From: Nitrososphaeria archaeon
GTDB taxonomy: Archaea; Thermoproteota; Nitrososphaeria; Nitrososphaerales; JAAOZN01
Assembly (NCBI GenBank): GCA_029775855.1
Contig: JARVJZ010000002.1
Coordinates: 269,599 to 333,598, forward strand
Direction: 5' to 3'
Length of the DNA stretch: 64,000 nucleotides
The notes under the pieces are model-generated. The model worked only from the letters and a program-made list of their open reading frames with translations. It searched no databases and had not been told where the DNA came from. Positions 1 through 8,145 of the stretch are shown here, piece by piece. The translations under genes were made by a program, and so were the position numbers. Position 1 is the first letter of the stretch. Each line of letters opens with the position of its first letter.

Positions 1-197
1 TCAACGCGATCCGCTAAGTCATAAGCCAAAATAGACTCGACAGAAGTTGAAGGATCAAACCCTTTTGCTCTAGCCTTTAAAGCCACTTCATTTAGCTTCT
101 TAAATTCAATTAACAACTGCTCCTGAAATTTCTTTTGCCTATCAGACATGGCGCCTCTAACATATTCTTTATTGAGCACATCTTCTTGTGACATCAT
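1..197 (-). CDS. polC: DNA polymerase D large subunit (DP2), 5' fragment running off the window
   Basis: Manual translation MMSQEDV...EFKKLNEVALKARAKGFDPSTSVESILAYDLADRV matches the DP2 N-terminal AR.KG.DP...VE...A.D.A.RV pattern; not in the ORF track. Confidence 0.85.
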   Translation of the reverse strand, partial: MMSQEDVLNKEYVRGAMSDRQKKFQEQLLIEFKKLNEVALKARAKGFDPSTSVESILAYDLADRV

Positions 198-203
198 GTG
201 ATA

Positions 204-965
204 TCACAATGCCTTAGCAGATTCGGCAGCGTTCACAATTTTGCTTAAAAGTTTCCTACCATCCTTTGACTCAAGCAGAGTGCCAATAACTAAGATATCG
301 GCTCCGCATTTAACTAACTCTTCAGCAATTTCAGGCTTTGTTATTCCACCGCCAACGATTAGTACGCCGTCGTAGACTTTTCTAACAGCTTGAACCATTT
401 GTGATGATACATGTGATATCACACCTGAACCAGCTTCAAGATATAGAAAGCGCATACCCAAATATTGACTAGCTAAAGCGTACATGGCTGCTATTTCTGG
501 CTTTGAATTCGGAATACCTCTAGCTTTACCTATAAACCCAGCTGCGCCTCCTTCGCCAACTATAAGATAAGCCATCGGAATAGCTTCTAATCCGTACTTT
601 TTAACTAGTAACGCGCCTAAAGCTTGAGCTTCGGTTATAAAGTAGGTATTCTCAGAGTTCAGGAGCGAGCTAAATAAAATAGCATCTGCACTAGGCACGA
701 CACTATTAACATTACTTGGAAAGATTATAACAGGCTTTGCTACAGCTTTCTTTATCGCTCTTACGACCTTATCTAATTCTAGCTGATCCATTGCTGTAGA
801 GCCGCCTACAAGTATCGCAGCCACGCCAGCTTTGTCTGCTTCCTTAGCCATCTTAGCAGCTTCTTGTTCGGTAAGACCTTCTGAGTCTATTAATCCGAAG
901 CAGATAGCACCTCTCTTCTTAATTTCGTTTTTAATAAGTTGCTCAACACTATACTTATTGGTCAC
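204..965 (-). CDS. Geranylgeranylglyceryl phosphate synthase
   Basis: LIDS..., ILVGGS, FPSN, LYLEAGSG and VGGGI motifs of the GGGPS/PcrB TIM barrel. Confidence 0.93.
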   Translation of the reverse strand: MTNKYSVEQLIKNEIKKRGAICFGLIDSEGLTEQEAAKMAKEADKAGVAAILVGGSTAMDQLELDKVVRAIKKAVAKPVIIFPSNVNSVVPSADAILFSSLLNSENTYFITEAQALGALLVKKYGLEAIPMAYLIVGEGGAAGFIGKARGIPNSKPEIAAMYALASQYLGMRFLYLEAGSGVISHVSSQMVQAVRKVYDGVLIVGGGITKPEIAEELVKCGADILVIGTLLESKDGRKLLSKIVNAAESAKAL

Positions 966-1209
966 TTTTGATCTTCCCCGCCATAAATTGATCTACAAAT
1001 TCGTTGTAGATGTCTATTACTTCTTTTCGCCCAGTAAATTCATAGTCGCGCGTTAGCCTACAGTTCCCGCAGGAGATTAAAGCAAGGTGTTCACCTTTGA
1101 GTTTAACCCTGACGCCTGATACTCCACAGTTTGGGCAGGTAAATACTTTAGGCAGAGTTCTTCTTACTACCCTAATCACTTTTCTTCTTCGTCTACCCAA
1201 GTTGACCAC
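955..1209 (-). CDS. elf1: Transcription elongation factor Elf1-like zinc ribbon
   Basis: Basic N-terminus GRRRRK, LPKVFTCPNC, CGNC, ID(I)YNEFVD. Confidence 0.9.
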   Translation of the reverse strand: MVNLGRRRRKVIRVVRRTLPKVFTCPNCGVSGVRVKLKGEHLALISCGNCRLTRDYEFTGRKEVIDIYNEFVDQFMAGKIKSDQ

Positions 1210-1267
1210 TTAGTATAGGGCTTGCTATTTAAAAAGGTCACTTTTCCACTTGCAAACCATATCAATA

Positions 1268-1294
1268 AATATGTTTTGGTTAACGAAACATATT
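1268..1294. promoter_or_regulatory. Inverted repeat in the divergent promoter between elf1 and the origin-adjacent genes
   Basis: AATATGTTT-N9-AAACATATT, perfect 9-bp arms. Confidence 0.45.
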
Positions 1295-1366
1295 ATTTCA
1301 GCAGTTTTCCTAAATGGAAAGGGGATGAGGAAAAAGAATAATTATACCATTCTGTATTAATGGGTT

Positions 1367-1768
1367 GTGCTTAAAATAATGCAACAAGAAAATAAGCTAC
1401 TACTCAGCCTAATTGAAGGTTCTACTCTCACAAATGCCCAAGTAGACACATTACTATGTGAAATAGAAGGTAAAGGTGCAGCAAAACAATTGAGAGAAAG
1501 GGCTGCCATGAGAGACAAAGAAAACATTACACTAGGCGCTTACTCAAGAACAAGAAAACAAGCATACATGAGAATCAGGAAGGTTCTAAAAACAGTACTT
1601 TTACTATCGTATTTGGGCATCTTTTCACAAGACGGATTAAACACATTAGTAAAAGCAGCAGAATTAATAAGCAGAGTCAAAACAGCTAATCTAACTGATG
1701 AAGACATAATAAAATTAAACAAACTTATAGACGAAACATTAAGCAATCTAATTGTGATATCACAGTAA
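1367..1768 (+). CDS. Hypothetical protein, possible HTH-like DNA-binding protein, origin-adjacent
   Basis: 133 aa helical ORF; LTNAQVDTL and ITLGAYSRTRKQA resemble an HTH; same orientation as the next ORF, 30 nt apart. Confidence 0.65.
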   Translation: MLKIMQQENKLLLSLIEGSTLTNAQVDTLLCEIEGKGAAKQLRERAAMRDKENITLGAYSRTRKQAYMRIRKVLKTVLLLSYLGIFSQDGLNTLVKAAELISRVKTANLTDEDIIKLNKLIDETLSNLIVISQ

Positions 1769-1798
1769 AGGTCATATACAAGCATCACATATCACAAA

Positions 1799-2332
1799 AT
1801 GATGTTAGAACTAATAATAGCAAGCATAGCTTTACTATTAGCTATCGTCGCCCTATTTATCAACATAAAACGAAACCACAAGCAAAATAACGCAAACTAT
1901 GATGTGGTCTTGGCCCTTTCCGAGGAATATTCGCGAAGAATGAATAAGTTGGAAACTAGACTGGTTGATCTTCAAGTTAGATTGGATATTATAGAAACTA
2001 GGATAGAGAAACCCACTCTTCATAGTGATGTAGAAGAAGTAAAGAAGATTAAAGGTTTCAATAATGTGATATCACAAAAGCCGCAAATTGATATCACAAA
2101 GTTTTCCAAGGGATTAAGTGAGTTTGAGTTGGCAGTACTTAGATGTGTTGCTGAAGGTGCGAAGACACCGAGTGAGGTTAAGGCTGTTGTTGGACATACC
2201 AGAGAGCATGTTGCTAGAGCGCTTAAAGATCTTTATGAGGAAGGTTTTCTTTTTAGGCAGGGTGGTAGACCATTTATTTATTCATTGTCTGATAAGGGTA
2301 GAGCTGTTCTTAGTGGGGATTCTCGTGCTTAA
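1799..2332 (+). CDS. Membrane-anchored coiled-coil winged-helix protein
   Basis: N-terminal hydrophobic helix (LIIASIALLLAIVALFINI), heptads (MNKLETRLVDLQVRLDIIETRI), C-terminal wHTH (TPSEVKAVVGHTREHVARALKDLYEEGFL...PFIYSLSDKG). Confidence 0.8.
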   Translation: MMLELIIASIALLLAIVALFINIKRNHKQNNANYDVVLALSEEYSRRMNKLETRLVDLQVRLDIIETRIEKPTLHSDVEEVKKIKGFNNVISQKPQIDITKFSKGLSEFELAVLRCVAEGAKTPSEVKAVVGHTREHVARALKDLYEEGFLFRQGGRPFIYSLSDKGRAVLSGDSRA

Positions 2333-2695
2333 TGTGGTCTTTCTGTAAATATATCCTGTTCCTATTCTTACTCTTTTTAGCATTCTTTGGTCGACTAATC
2401 TGTTTAGGTAGGTGGATAATGTTGTGAGCTTTATAGGTTGTTGATATTTGCTTTCGTAGGCTTCTTGTAAGTTTGCTGTTGTGAAGTTAGAGGCTGGAAA
2501 TTCTTCATCTATTAATGCGCATACTTTTGAGAAGATTGTGTCTACTTCAGTTTTTTCCTCTTCCCTTTCGCCGCCTAGAAACTCATATACTTCTATCAAT
2601 TTATGCATCTTCTCTTTCGATAGAGGGCCTTCTATTGTAAGAGAATATTTACTACCCTCCTCGTCTGTAAATTCAATCTTCATCCTTTTTGGCAT
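2282..2695 (-). CDS. Hypothetical winged-helix protein divergent from cdc6 across oriC
   Basis: N-terminal beta hairpin (MKIEFTDEEGSKYSLTIEG) plus wHTH-like C-terminus (FTTANLQEAYE...IKLTTLSTYLNRLV...GYIY); ATG at 2695 preferred. Confidence 0.75.
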   Translation of the reverse strand: MPKRMKIEFTDEEGSKYSLTIEGPLSKEKMHKLIEVYEFLGGEREEEKTEVDTIFSKVCALIDEEFPASNFTTANLQEAYESKYQQPIKLTTLSTYLNRLVDQRMLKRVRIGTGYIYRKTTLSTRIPTKNSSTLIRQ

Positions 2696-2865
2696 ATTTT
2701 GCCACAATAAGATATCAAGTTCAACTTATACATTGAAGGTGTGAAAAAGTGAACAAGTTTGTCAAACCATCATTTACTGAGCCAAATGTAATGTTATTAA
2801 CTACTCTATTACATTATTCACTATTTTACAATTATCAAACTTTTCGCTAACAATCAAGAATATGA

Positions 2866-2887
2866 TTTGCAGTGGAAATGGAGGGGT
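2866..2887 (+). promoter_or_regulatory. ORB element 1
   Basis: TTTGCAGTGGAAATGGAGGGGT. Confidence 0.8.
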
Positions 2888-2929
2888 GTGCCAAAACACC
2901 TTTTAACTATTAAATAGGGCATATTTTTG

Positions 2930-2951
2930 GCTCCAGTGGAAATAAAGGGGT
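2930..2951 (+). promoter_or_regulatory. ORB element 2
   Basis: GCTCCAGTGGAAATAAAGGGGT, near-perfect ORB consensus with G-string. Confidence 0.9.
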
Positions 2952-3003
2952 GCCTGTGAACGGTAAGTGCAAGTATATTCACAAATACTAGATAAGAAGG
3001 GGT

Positions 3004-3024
3004 ACCCCTTTGTTTCAGCTGGAG
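3004..3024 (-). promoter_or_regulatory. ORB element 3 (inverted)
   Basis: Reverse complement CTCCAGCTGAAACAAAGGGGT. Confidence 0.85.
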
Positions 3025-3171
3025 ATTTCAATTAGGCTTCTTCTTGCTCTTTGTGTGACCGAATTGACATAACAGTCATTATTTTTGCCCAAAACAGAGA
3101 TATAATTTAGATAAAGAAACAAGTACGGGATAGACCAAACAATTCCTCATAATTAACTATTTAGGGGATAC

Positions 3172-3192
3172 TTCCTATGGAAGCGATGGGGT
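3172..3192 (+). promoter_or_regulatory. Degenerate ORB abutting the cdc6 start
   Basis: TTCCTATGGAAGCGATGGGGT. Confidence 0.55.
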
Positions 3193-4410
3193 GTGCGGCT
3201 AAACTTGGGTAGTGAAGCAGATCAAAAAAAGATAATTAACTCAATATTTACCAAAGCAGCTGAAGGGTCAAGAATAATAAAGGATGCTGAACCCTTAAGA
3301 CCTGATTATGTGCCACCTAAACTTCTTTTCAGAGATGAACAAATTACTGCTGTAGCTCAAATCGTTGCACCTATTCTTAGGAAGCAGCGCTGCTCTAATG
3401 TGCTACTTTACGGTAAAACAGGTACTGGGAAGACTGCTACGGCTCGTCTGGTTCTTAATGAGCTTAGGTTGAAGGCTCAAGAGTTTAAGATTCCTGTTTG
3501 TTTATGTTACACTAATTGTAGACTTGCTGGGACTGAGTACAGGGTTGTTCTAGATCTTGCGGAAAGTGTTGGTGTTAAGATACCCTTCACAGGTTTATCC
3601 TTAGGTGAAGCGTATAGTAGGGTTGCTGCTCAAATATCAGATAATAACTTAAATTTTCTAGTAGTTTTGGATGAGATTGATTATTTGGCTAAAAATTCAA
3701 CAGGTAACCTTCTCTATGAGTTAACACGCTCACATGAGAAGTTAACCCCTGGTGGTATATCGTTAATCGGGATCTCCAATGATCTTCGTTTTAAGGAGAT
3801 GCTTGATCCGCGTGTTTTGAGCAGTTTAGGTGAAGAAGAGATGGTTTTTCCACCTTATTCAGTCGAAGAGCTTAGACTAATTTTAAAGGAGCGTGTTAAG
3901 CTAGCTTTCAATGATGGCTGTATAACTGAGGGTGCAGTAAACTTATGTGCAGCATTAGCCGGTTCTGAACACGGTGATGCAAGAAGAGCTGTCGATTTAC
4001 TTAGGGTGTCTGCTGAAGTCGCTGAGCGTGAAGGAAAGGCTAGGGTAGAAGAACATCATATTAAGATTGCTCTGCAGAAGATGGAGCAAGACCGATTGAT
4101 AGAAGCTTTAAGAGTTTTACCGCTTCAAGCTAAGTTGATTCTCTTATCAGTCATAAAATCAGAAGACTCCTCCTCTACAGGCTCTATTTACCAAACATAC
4201 CTTAGATTAAGTTCTAGAGTTGGTGTTGAAACACTCACTGCAAGAAGGGTGAGCGGTATACTTTCCGAATTAGATATGCAGGGTTTAATTTCGGCTAATG
4301 TTTTAAGCAAGGGTAGGTATGGTAGATCTAAACGGGTCTCTTTACTTGTATCTAAGCATCTTGTTCTAGATGTTTTAACTCAAGATCCGATTATTGCTGC
4401 TGTAATTTAG
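3193..4410 (+). CDS. cdc6: Orc1/Cdc6 replication initiator
   Basis: L.PDYVP..L.FRD, Walker A GKTGTGKT, Walker B VVLDEID, GDARRA, C-terminal wH with GRYGR; start may be TTG at 3205. Confidence 0.97.
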   Translation: MRLNLGSEADQKKIINSIFTKAAEGSRIIKDAEPLRPDYVPPKLLFRDEQITAVAQIVAPILRKQRCSNVLLYGKTGTGKTATARLVLNELRLKAQEFKIPVCLCYTNCRLAGTEYRVVLDLAESVGVKIPFTGLSLGEAYSRVAAQISDNNLNFLVVLDEIDYLAKNSTGNLLYELTRSHEKLTPGGISLIGISNDLRFKEMLDPRVLSSLGEEEMVFPPYSVEELRLILKERVKLAFNDGCITEGAVNLCAALAGSEHGDARRAVDLLRVSAEVAEREGKARVEEHHIKIALQKMEQDRLIEALRVLPLQAKLILLSVIKSEDSSSTGSIYQTYLRLSSRVGVETLTARRVSGILSELDMQGLISANVLSKGRYGRSKRVSLLVSKHLVLDVLTQDPIIAAVI

Positions 4411-5845
4411 TGAAGTCTAAGGTAATGACCTGTAAGGTTGATAGGTCTACTATGGGTAGAATTGCTGGTGTAGGGTTTATACCCATGTCAAGTTGATAAC
4501 TTGTCTGGCTCTGCCATGTGCCTGAGTTAATTAGTAAGCATCCACGGTAGCGCTCAGTGTCGAGTATATGTATATGTCCTGTGTGAAATATGTCTGGTAT
4601 CTGGTCTATAACCAACAAGTCTTCATAAGTTGGTAAGATCGGTGTCCTTCTGCCGTAAATTGGAGCTAAATGTCTTGCCTTTAATAGGTTCTTCATAGCT
4701 AAAGCAGGGCGCTCCACTTTCAAACCCGGTGTTGTCGCCACAACATCTTCTAAACTTTTACCGTGATACATCAAAACTTTAACTCCTTCTAGCTCAAGCC
4801 ATACTGGATTGCTTACTAAAACTACATTCGAAAGTTCGCTTAGAGAAGACGCGTACTCTTTAGGTATAGGCGGCTGTGGGATGGATTGCCTAACTGGCTC
4901 GTGATTGCCTGGGCTGATGAAGATTTGTATGTTCTGTGGTATGTTTTTTAAAAGAGCAGCCACTTCATTGAATTGTTGTTTAACATCCGCTGTAATAAGT
5001 TCTTTTTCTTGGTTAGGGTAAACACCAACGCCATCTATGATATCACCACAAATTAGAAGGTAGCGTATTCGTAATGCGATTTCATTGTCTTTTTTGTTAA
5101 GCCAATCAATAAAGGTTTTAAATGCTTGCTTTAAAAAATATTTGTTCCCAATATGTAGATCTGATGTTAGAACCGCGTATAATCTCTTTTTGGAGAGGTT
5201 TGGCACATGTTCAGGTATGTCTGGAAGCGTTATAGAGTCAATTGTGTAAATTTTCTTTCTGATGGGGGTTATTGAAGCGACTACTAGCGCATCTAATGGC
5301 GCTTCTTGTATATTTTTTATTATCGAAACTTCAAATGTTGTGGCTTCTATTTTGTTAGTCAGATCTTCTAAGATTATGGTTGCAGATCCTTTTTTGATTG
5401 TCTTCGAGTAGATTAGACCAGCTACCTTCATAGGTAATTTACTATCTTCTAATCTTGTGATACTTTCTATGTTTCCACTATCTCGCCGCTTTTTTGCCAA
5501 GGCTAACAATTTTTGGTATCTGCTTAGGAAGAGTTGTCTGAAGCCTTCTACTCCGTCAGCGGCCTTCACTTTTTCATAATTTTGTAAAACTTTAAAGTTT
5601 AGAGGTTCGTTTAGTTCTGTTTCATCTATCTTCATTTCGGTATCCTTTTTTGTGGTGAAGCGTTGTATGTCTTCAGCCTTTATCGTTCTGTCCCCTTCTT
5701 CGCCTTTTAATTTAATTACTTCTTCTATAAGCGCACCCACATTAGTTTCTTTTGACATCTGCAGCAGCAGGTTGAATGCTTTAGGCTCAATTTGGTATCC
5801 CTTCGCAACGACTTCCCGTATGAGTTGTGCTGCGTTGTCGGACAT
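4391..5845 (-). CDS. polB: DNA polymerase D small subunit (DP1)
   Basis: OB fold plus calcineurin-like motifs SDLHIG, GDIIDG.G.YP.Q, PGNHE, YHG, RHLAP, GHIH, NSGTWQ. Confidence 0.96.
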   Translation of the reverse strand: MSDNAAQLIREVVAKGYQIEPKAFNLLLQMSKETNVGALIEEVIKLKGEEGDRTIKAEDIQRFTTKKDTEMKIDETELNEPLNFKVLQNYEKVKAADGVEGFRQLFLSRYQKLLALAKKRRDSGNIESITRLEDSKLPMKVAGLIYSKTIKKGSATIILEDLTNKIEATTFEVSIIKNIQEAPLDALVVASITPIRKKIYTIDSITLPDIPEHVPNLSKKRLYAVLTSDLHIGNKYFLKQAFKTFIDWLNKKDNEIALRIRYLLICGDIIDGVGVYPNQEKELITADVKQQFNEVAALLKNIPQNIQIFISPGNHEPVRQSIPQPPIPKEYASSLSELSNVVLVSNPVWLELEGVKVLMYHGKSLEDVVATTPGLKVERPALAMKNLLKARHLAPIYGRRTPILPTYEDLLVIDQIPDIFHTGHIHILDTERYRGCLLINSGTWQSQTSYQLDMGINPTPAILPIVDLSTLQVITLDFTKLQQQ

Positions 5846-5924
5846 CGGCTTGCCGCATCCGGTAATATCATAGTTAGGAATAAGATAGATAAAGAATCTT
5901 ATGGTGTTTAATATTTAAGTTTAG

Positions 5925-6497
5925 ATGAGCAGTATCTATGGTGTGAGCGACGCCATAAAGACACTATCTTCAGAATTAGTTTATAACGGGCGTGTAGTCA
6001 GTCTCGTCAAAGATGTGGTGCTTTTACCTTCTGGGCGTAAAACAATAAGAGAAAAAATTATACATCCCGGCGCTGTAGGCATTTTACCTGTATTAAAAGG
6101 AGAGAACCTTATTTTGGTTGAGCAGTTTCGTTATGTAATAAACTCCACCTTGTTGGAGATACCTGCTGGAACGATTGAGGAAAATGAAGCACCTGAGGAG
6201 TGTGCCGCTCGTGAACTTCGTGAAGAAACAGGCTATCAAGCCAGTAAGTTAGAGCTTCTATCAACCTTTTACTTAGCGCCAGGATATAGTACCGAGTTTT
6301 TCTGGCTCTTCAAAGCTAGTGGTCTTAAGCGAGGTAAGGTGAAACCTATGCTTGATGAAACGATTAAAGTTAAGAAGGTTAAACTTGCTGAGGCTTACGA
6401 CTTGATTAGAAGAGGTGTAATCAGAGACGCTAAGAGCATATGCGCCATACTACTTTATATTAGAATGAAAAGAAGCAAGGGTGACGCTCAAGATTGA
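5925..6497 (+). CDS. NUDIX hydrolase, ADP-ribose pyrophosphatase-like
   Basis: HPGAV, QFRY, EIPAG...AARELREETG Nudix box, DAKS. Confidence 0.9.
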   Translation: MSSIYGVSDAIKTLSSELVYNGRVVSLVKDVVLLPSGRKTIREKIIHPGAVGILPVLKGENLILVEQFRYVINSTLLEIPAGTIEENEAPEECAARELREETGYQASKLELLSTFYLAPGYSTEFFWLFKASGLKRGKVKPMLDETIKVKKVKLAEAYDLIRRGVIRDAKSICAILLYIRMKRSKGDAQD

Positions 6498-7366
6498 GAT
6501 GTGAAAAAATACCTCCTTGGATCCGTGTTAAGATACCAGCAGCCGGGCCAATAAAGCGCGTTGAATCTACACTGCGAAGTTTAAATCTGAATACAGTCTG
6601 TGAAAGCGCTTTATGCCCAAATCGAGGCTCGTGCTTCGAAAAAGGAACTGCAACATTCATGATCTTGGGTTCAGTTTGCACCCGTAATTGTCCGTTTTGT
6701 GCAGTCGCTAAGGGAAAGCCTGAGCCCGTTGATGAATCCGAGCCCTTTAGGGTTGCTGAGGCGGTTAAGATTCTCGGGTTAAAACATGTTGTAATTACTT
6801 CTGTTGATAGAGATGATCTTCCTGACAAAGGTGCTGGGCATTTTGCGGCGACAGTGAAAGCGATTAGAAGCGTTAAGAGCGATGTGTCGATAGAGCTTCT
6901 TGTGCCAGACTTTGGCGGCTCTAAAGAGGCGGTTGATATTGTGCTTGATGCTGAACCAACAATCTTAAATCATAATTTGGAGACTGTGCGCCGCCTTCAT
7001 CAAGTTATAAAGCCTAAATCAAGTTACCAGCGTTCTCTATGGTTGCTTAAGTATGTAAAAGATAAAGCGCCGAATATTCTCACCAAATCCGGGCTTATGG
7101 TTGGTTTAGGAGAGACTGACGATGAAGTCTTAGACACTATTCGCGACATTAGATCTGCTGGCTGCGACATTTTAACTATAGGGCAGTATCTTAAACCGCC
7201 GAACAGTAGGCTTGAAGTTAAAAGGTATGTTGAGCCAAGAACCTTCGAATATTATAAAGAGGTTGCTAAGCAGATGGGTTTCATCTTTGTAGCATCAGCG
7301 CCGCTAGTCCGCAGTTCCTATAGTGCTTTAGAAGTCTTTGAGCAAGTGAGGTCTAAGTGTTGCTGA
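6494..7366 (+). CDS. lipA: Lipoyl synthase
   Basis: CESALCPNRGSC, CTRNCPFC, HNLETV, GQYL, RSSY. Confidence 0.96.
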   Translation: MRCEKIPPWIRVKIPAAGPIKRVESTLRSLNLNTVCESALCPNRGSCFEKGTATFMILGSVCTRNCPFCAVAKGKPEPVDESEPFRVAEAVKILGLKHVVITSVDRDDLPDKGAGHFAATVKAIRSVKSDVSIELLVPDFGGSKEAVDIVLDAEPTILNHNLETVRRLHQVIKPKSSYQRSLWLLKYVKDKAPNILTKSGLMVGLGETDDEVLDTIRDIRSAGCDILTIGQYLKPPNSRLEVKRYVEPRTFEYYKEVAKQMGFIFVASAPLVRSSYSALEVFEQVRSKCC

Positions 7367-7875
7367 TTAATATTAGAGGTAAAGCGCCGAAACTAGGTCA
7401 ACGCGTGTTTGTTGCTGAAAGCGCACATATAATAGGTGATGTGGAAATTGGTGATGACTCAAGTGTGTGGTTTAATGCCGTAATTAGAGCAGAAGCCGAA
7501 TATATTATAGTCGGCAGCGGAACAAGTATACAAGACTGCAGCGTGCTACACACAGATAATGAACATAAAGTTATCATAGGAGACAGAGTCACTATAGGTC
7601 ATGGTGCGATAGTTCATGGCTGCCAAGTCTCTTCTAATTGCATAATTGGAATAGGTGCACGCATTCTTAACGGCGCCAAGATTGGCGAATGGTGTATCAT
7701 CGGCTCAGGCGCTGTAGTCACTGAAAACACAGAGATCCCACCATATTCTTTAGCTTTGGGTGTTCCTGCGCGTGTAGTTCGCAGCGTAACTGAAAGTGAC
7801 CAAAAGAGGATAGTGAACAGTGCGCTCGAATATATTAAGCTGAAGAATCTTTATCTGAATCAGAGTCAGATATAA
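7357..7875 (+). CDS. Gamma carbonic anhydrase family protein
   Basis: Hexapeptide repeats, IQD..VLH, GH.AIVHGC. Confidence 0.9.
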   Translation: MLLINIRGKAPKLGQRVFVAESAHIIGDVEIGDDSSVWFNAVIRAEAEYIIVGSGTSIQDCSVLHTDNEHKVIIGDRVTIGHGAIVHGCQVSSNCIIGIGARILNGAKIGEWCIIGSGAVVTENTEIPPYSLALGVPARVVRSVTESDQKRIVNSALEYIKLKNLYLNQSQI

Positions 7876-8095
7876 CTGGAAGTGTGTAGGTGTGTCTAAC
7901 ACCATTTATTTGCCTTATACTCTTAGTAACCTTACTTTTAAGGTCAGCTTTCGAAGCATTTCTTATTATCGCTATTATATCATATGAACCCATTATGAAA
8001 TATGCTTCAGAAACCCCCTCTGTTTTCCTTACTGCCTCTAAAACCCTTTTGTCTAAACCTGGTTCCACTTCGATGAGCACATATGCGGACAGCAT
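7835..8095 (-). CDS. Stand-alone Lrp/AsnC ligand-binding (RAM) domain protein
   Basis: AYVLIEVEPG, G.YDIIA, IRQINGV..TYTL; start placed at ATG 8095. Confidence 0.85.
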   Translation of the reverse strand: MLSAYVLIEVEPGLDKRVLEAVRKTEGVSEAYFIMGSYDIIAIIRNASKADLKSKVTKSIRQINGVRHTYTLPVISDSDSDKDSSA

Positions 8096-8145
8096 CTGGA
8101 ATAAACGGCTAAAAAAGGGGTAGTAAAAGTTTTCTGATGCAAGCT

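Larger units (their letters stand above)
197..2098. repeat. Dispersed 12-bp palindrome TGTGATATCACA (perfect at 197-208, 412-423, 1753-1764, 2065-2076; near matches at 187-198 and 2087-2098)
   Basis: Read directly from the sequence; self-complementary; clustered on one side of oriC. Confidence 0.9.
2760..3192. other. Replication origin (oriC) with AT-rich unwinding tracts and ORB boxes
   Basis: Intergenic region upstream of cdc6 with several ORB-consensus (TCCAGTGGAAA..GGGG) elements in both orientations. Confidence 0.88.

Noticed and set aside
197-2098. Palindrome copies as a CRISPR array or CRP/FNR-type operators
   Set aside because: Irregular spacing, only 12 bp, no cas genes; CRP-type sites have a 6-bp spacer (TGTGA-N6-TCACA) and lie in promoters.
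5036-5047. TATGATATCACC, 10/12 match to the palindrome inside DP1
   Set aside because: Explained by the conserved GDIID catalytic motif; isolated, so not counted.
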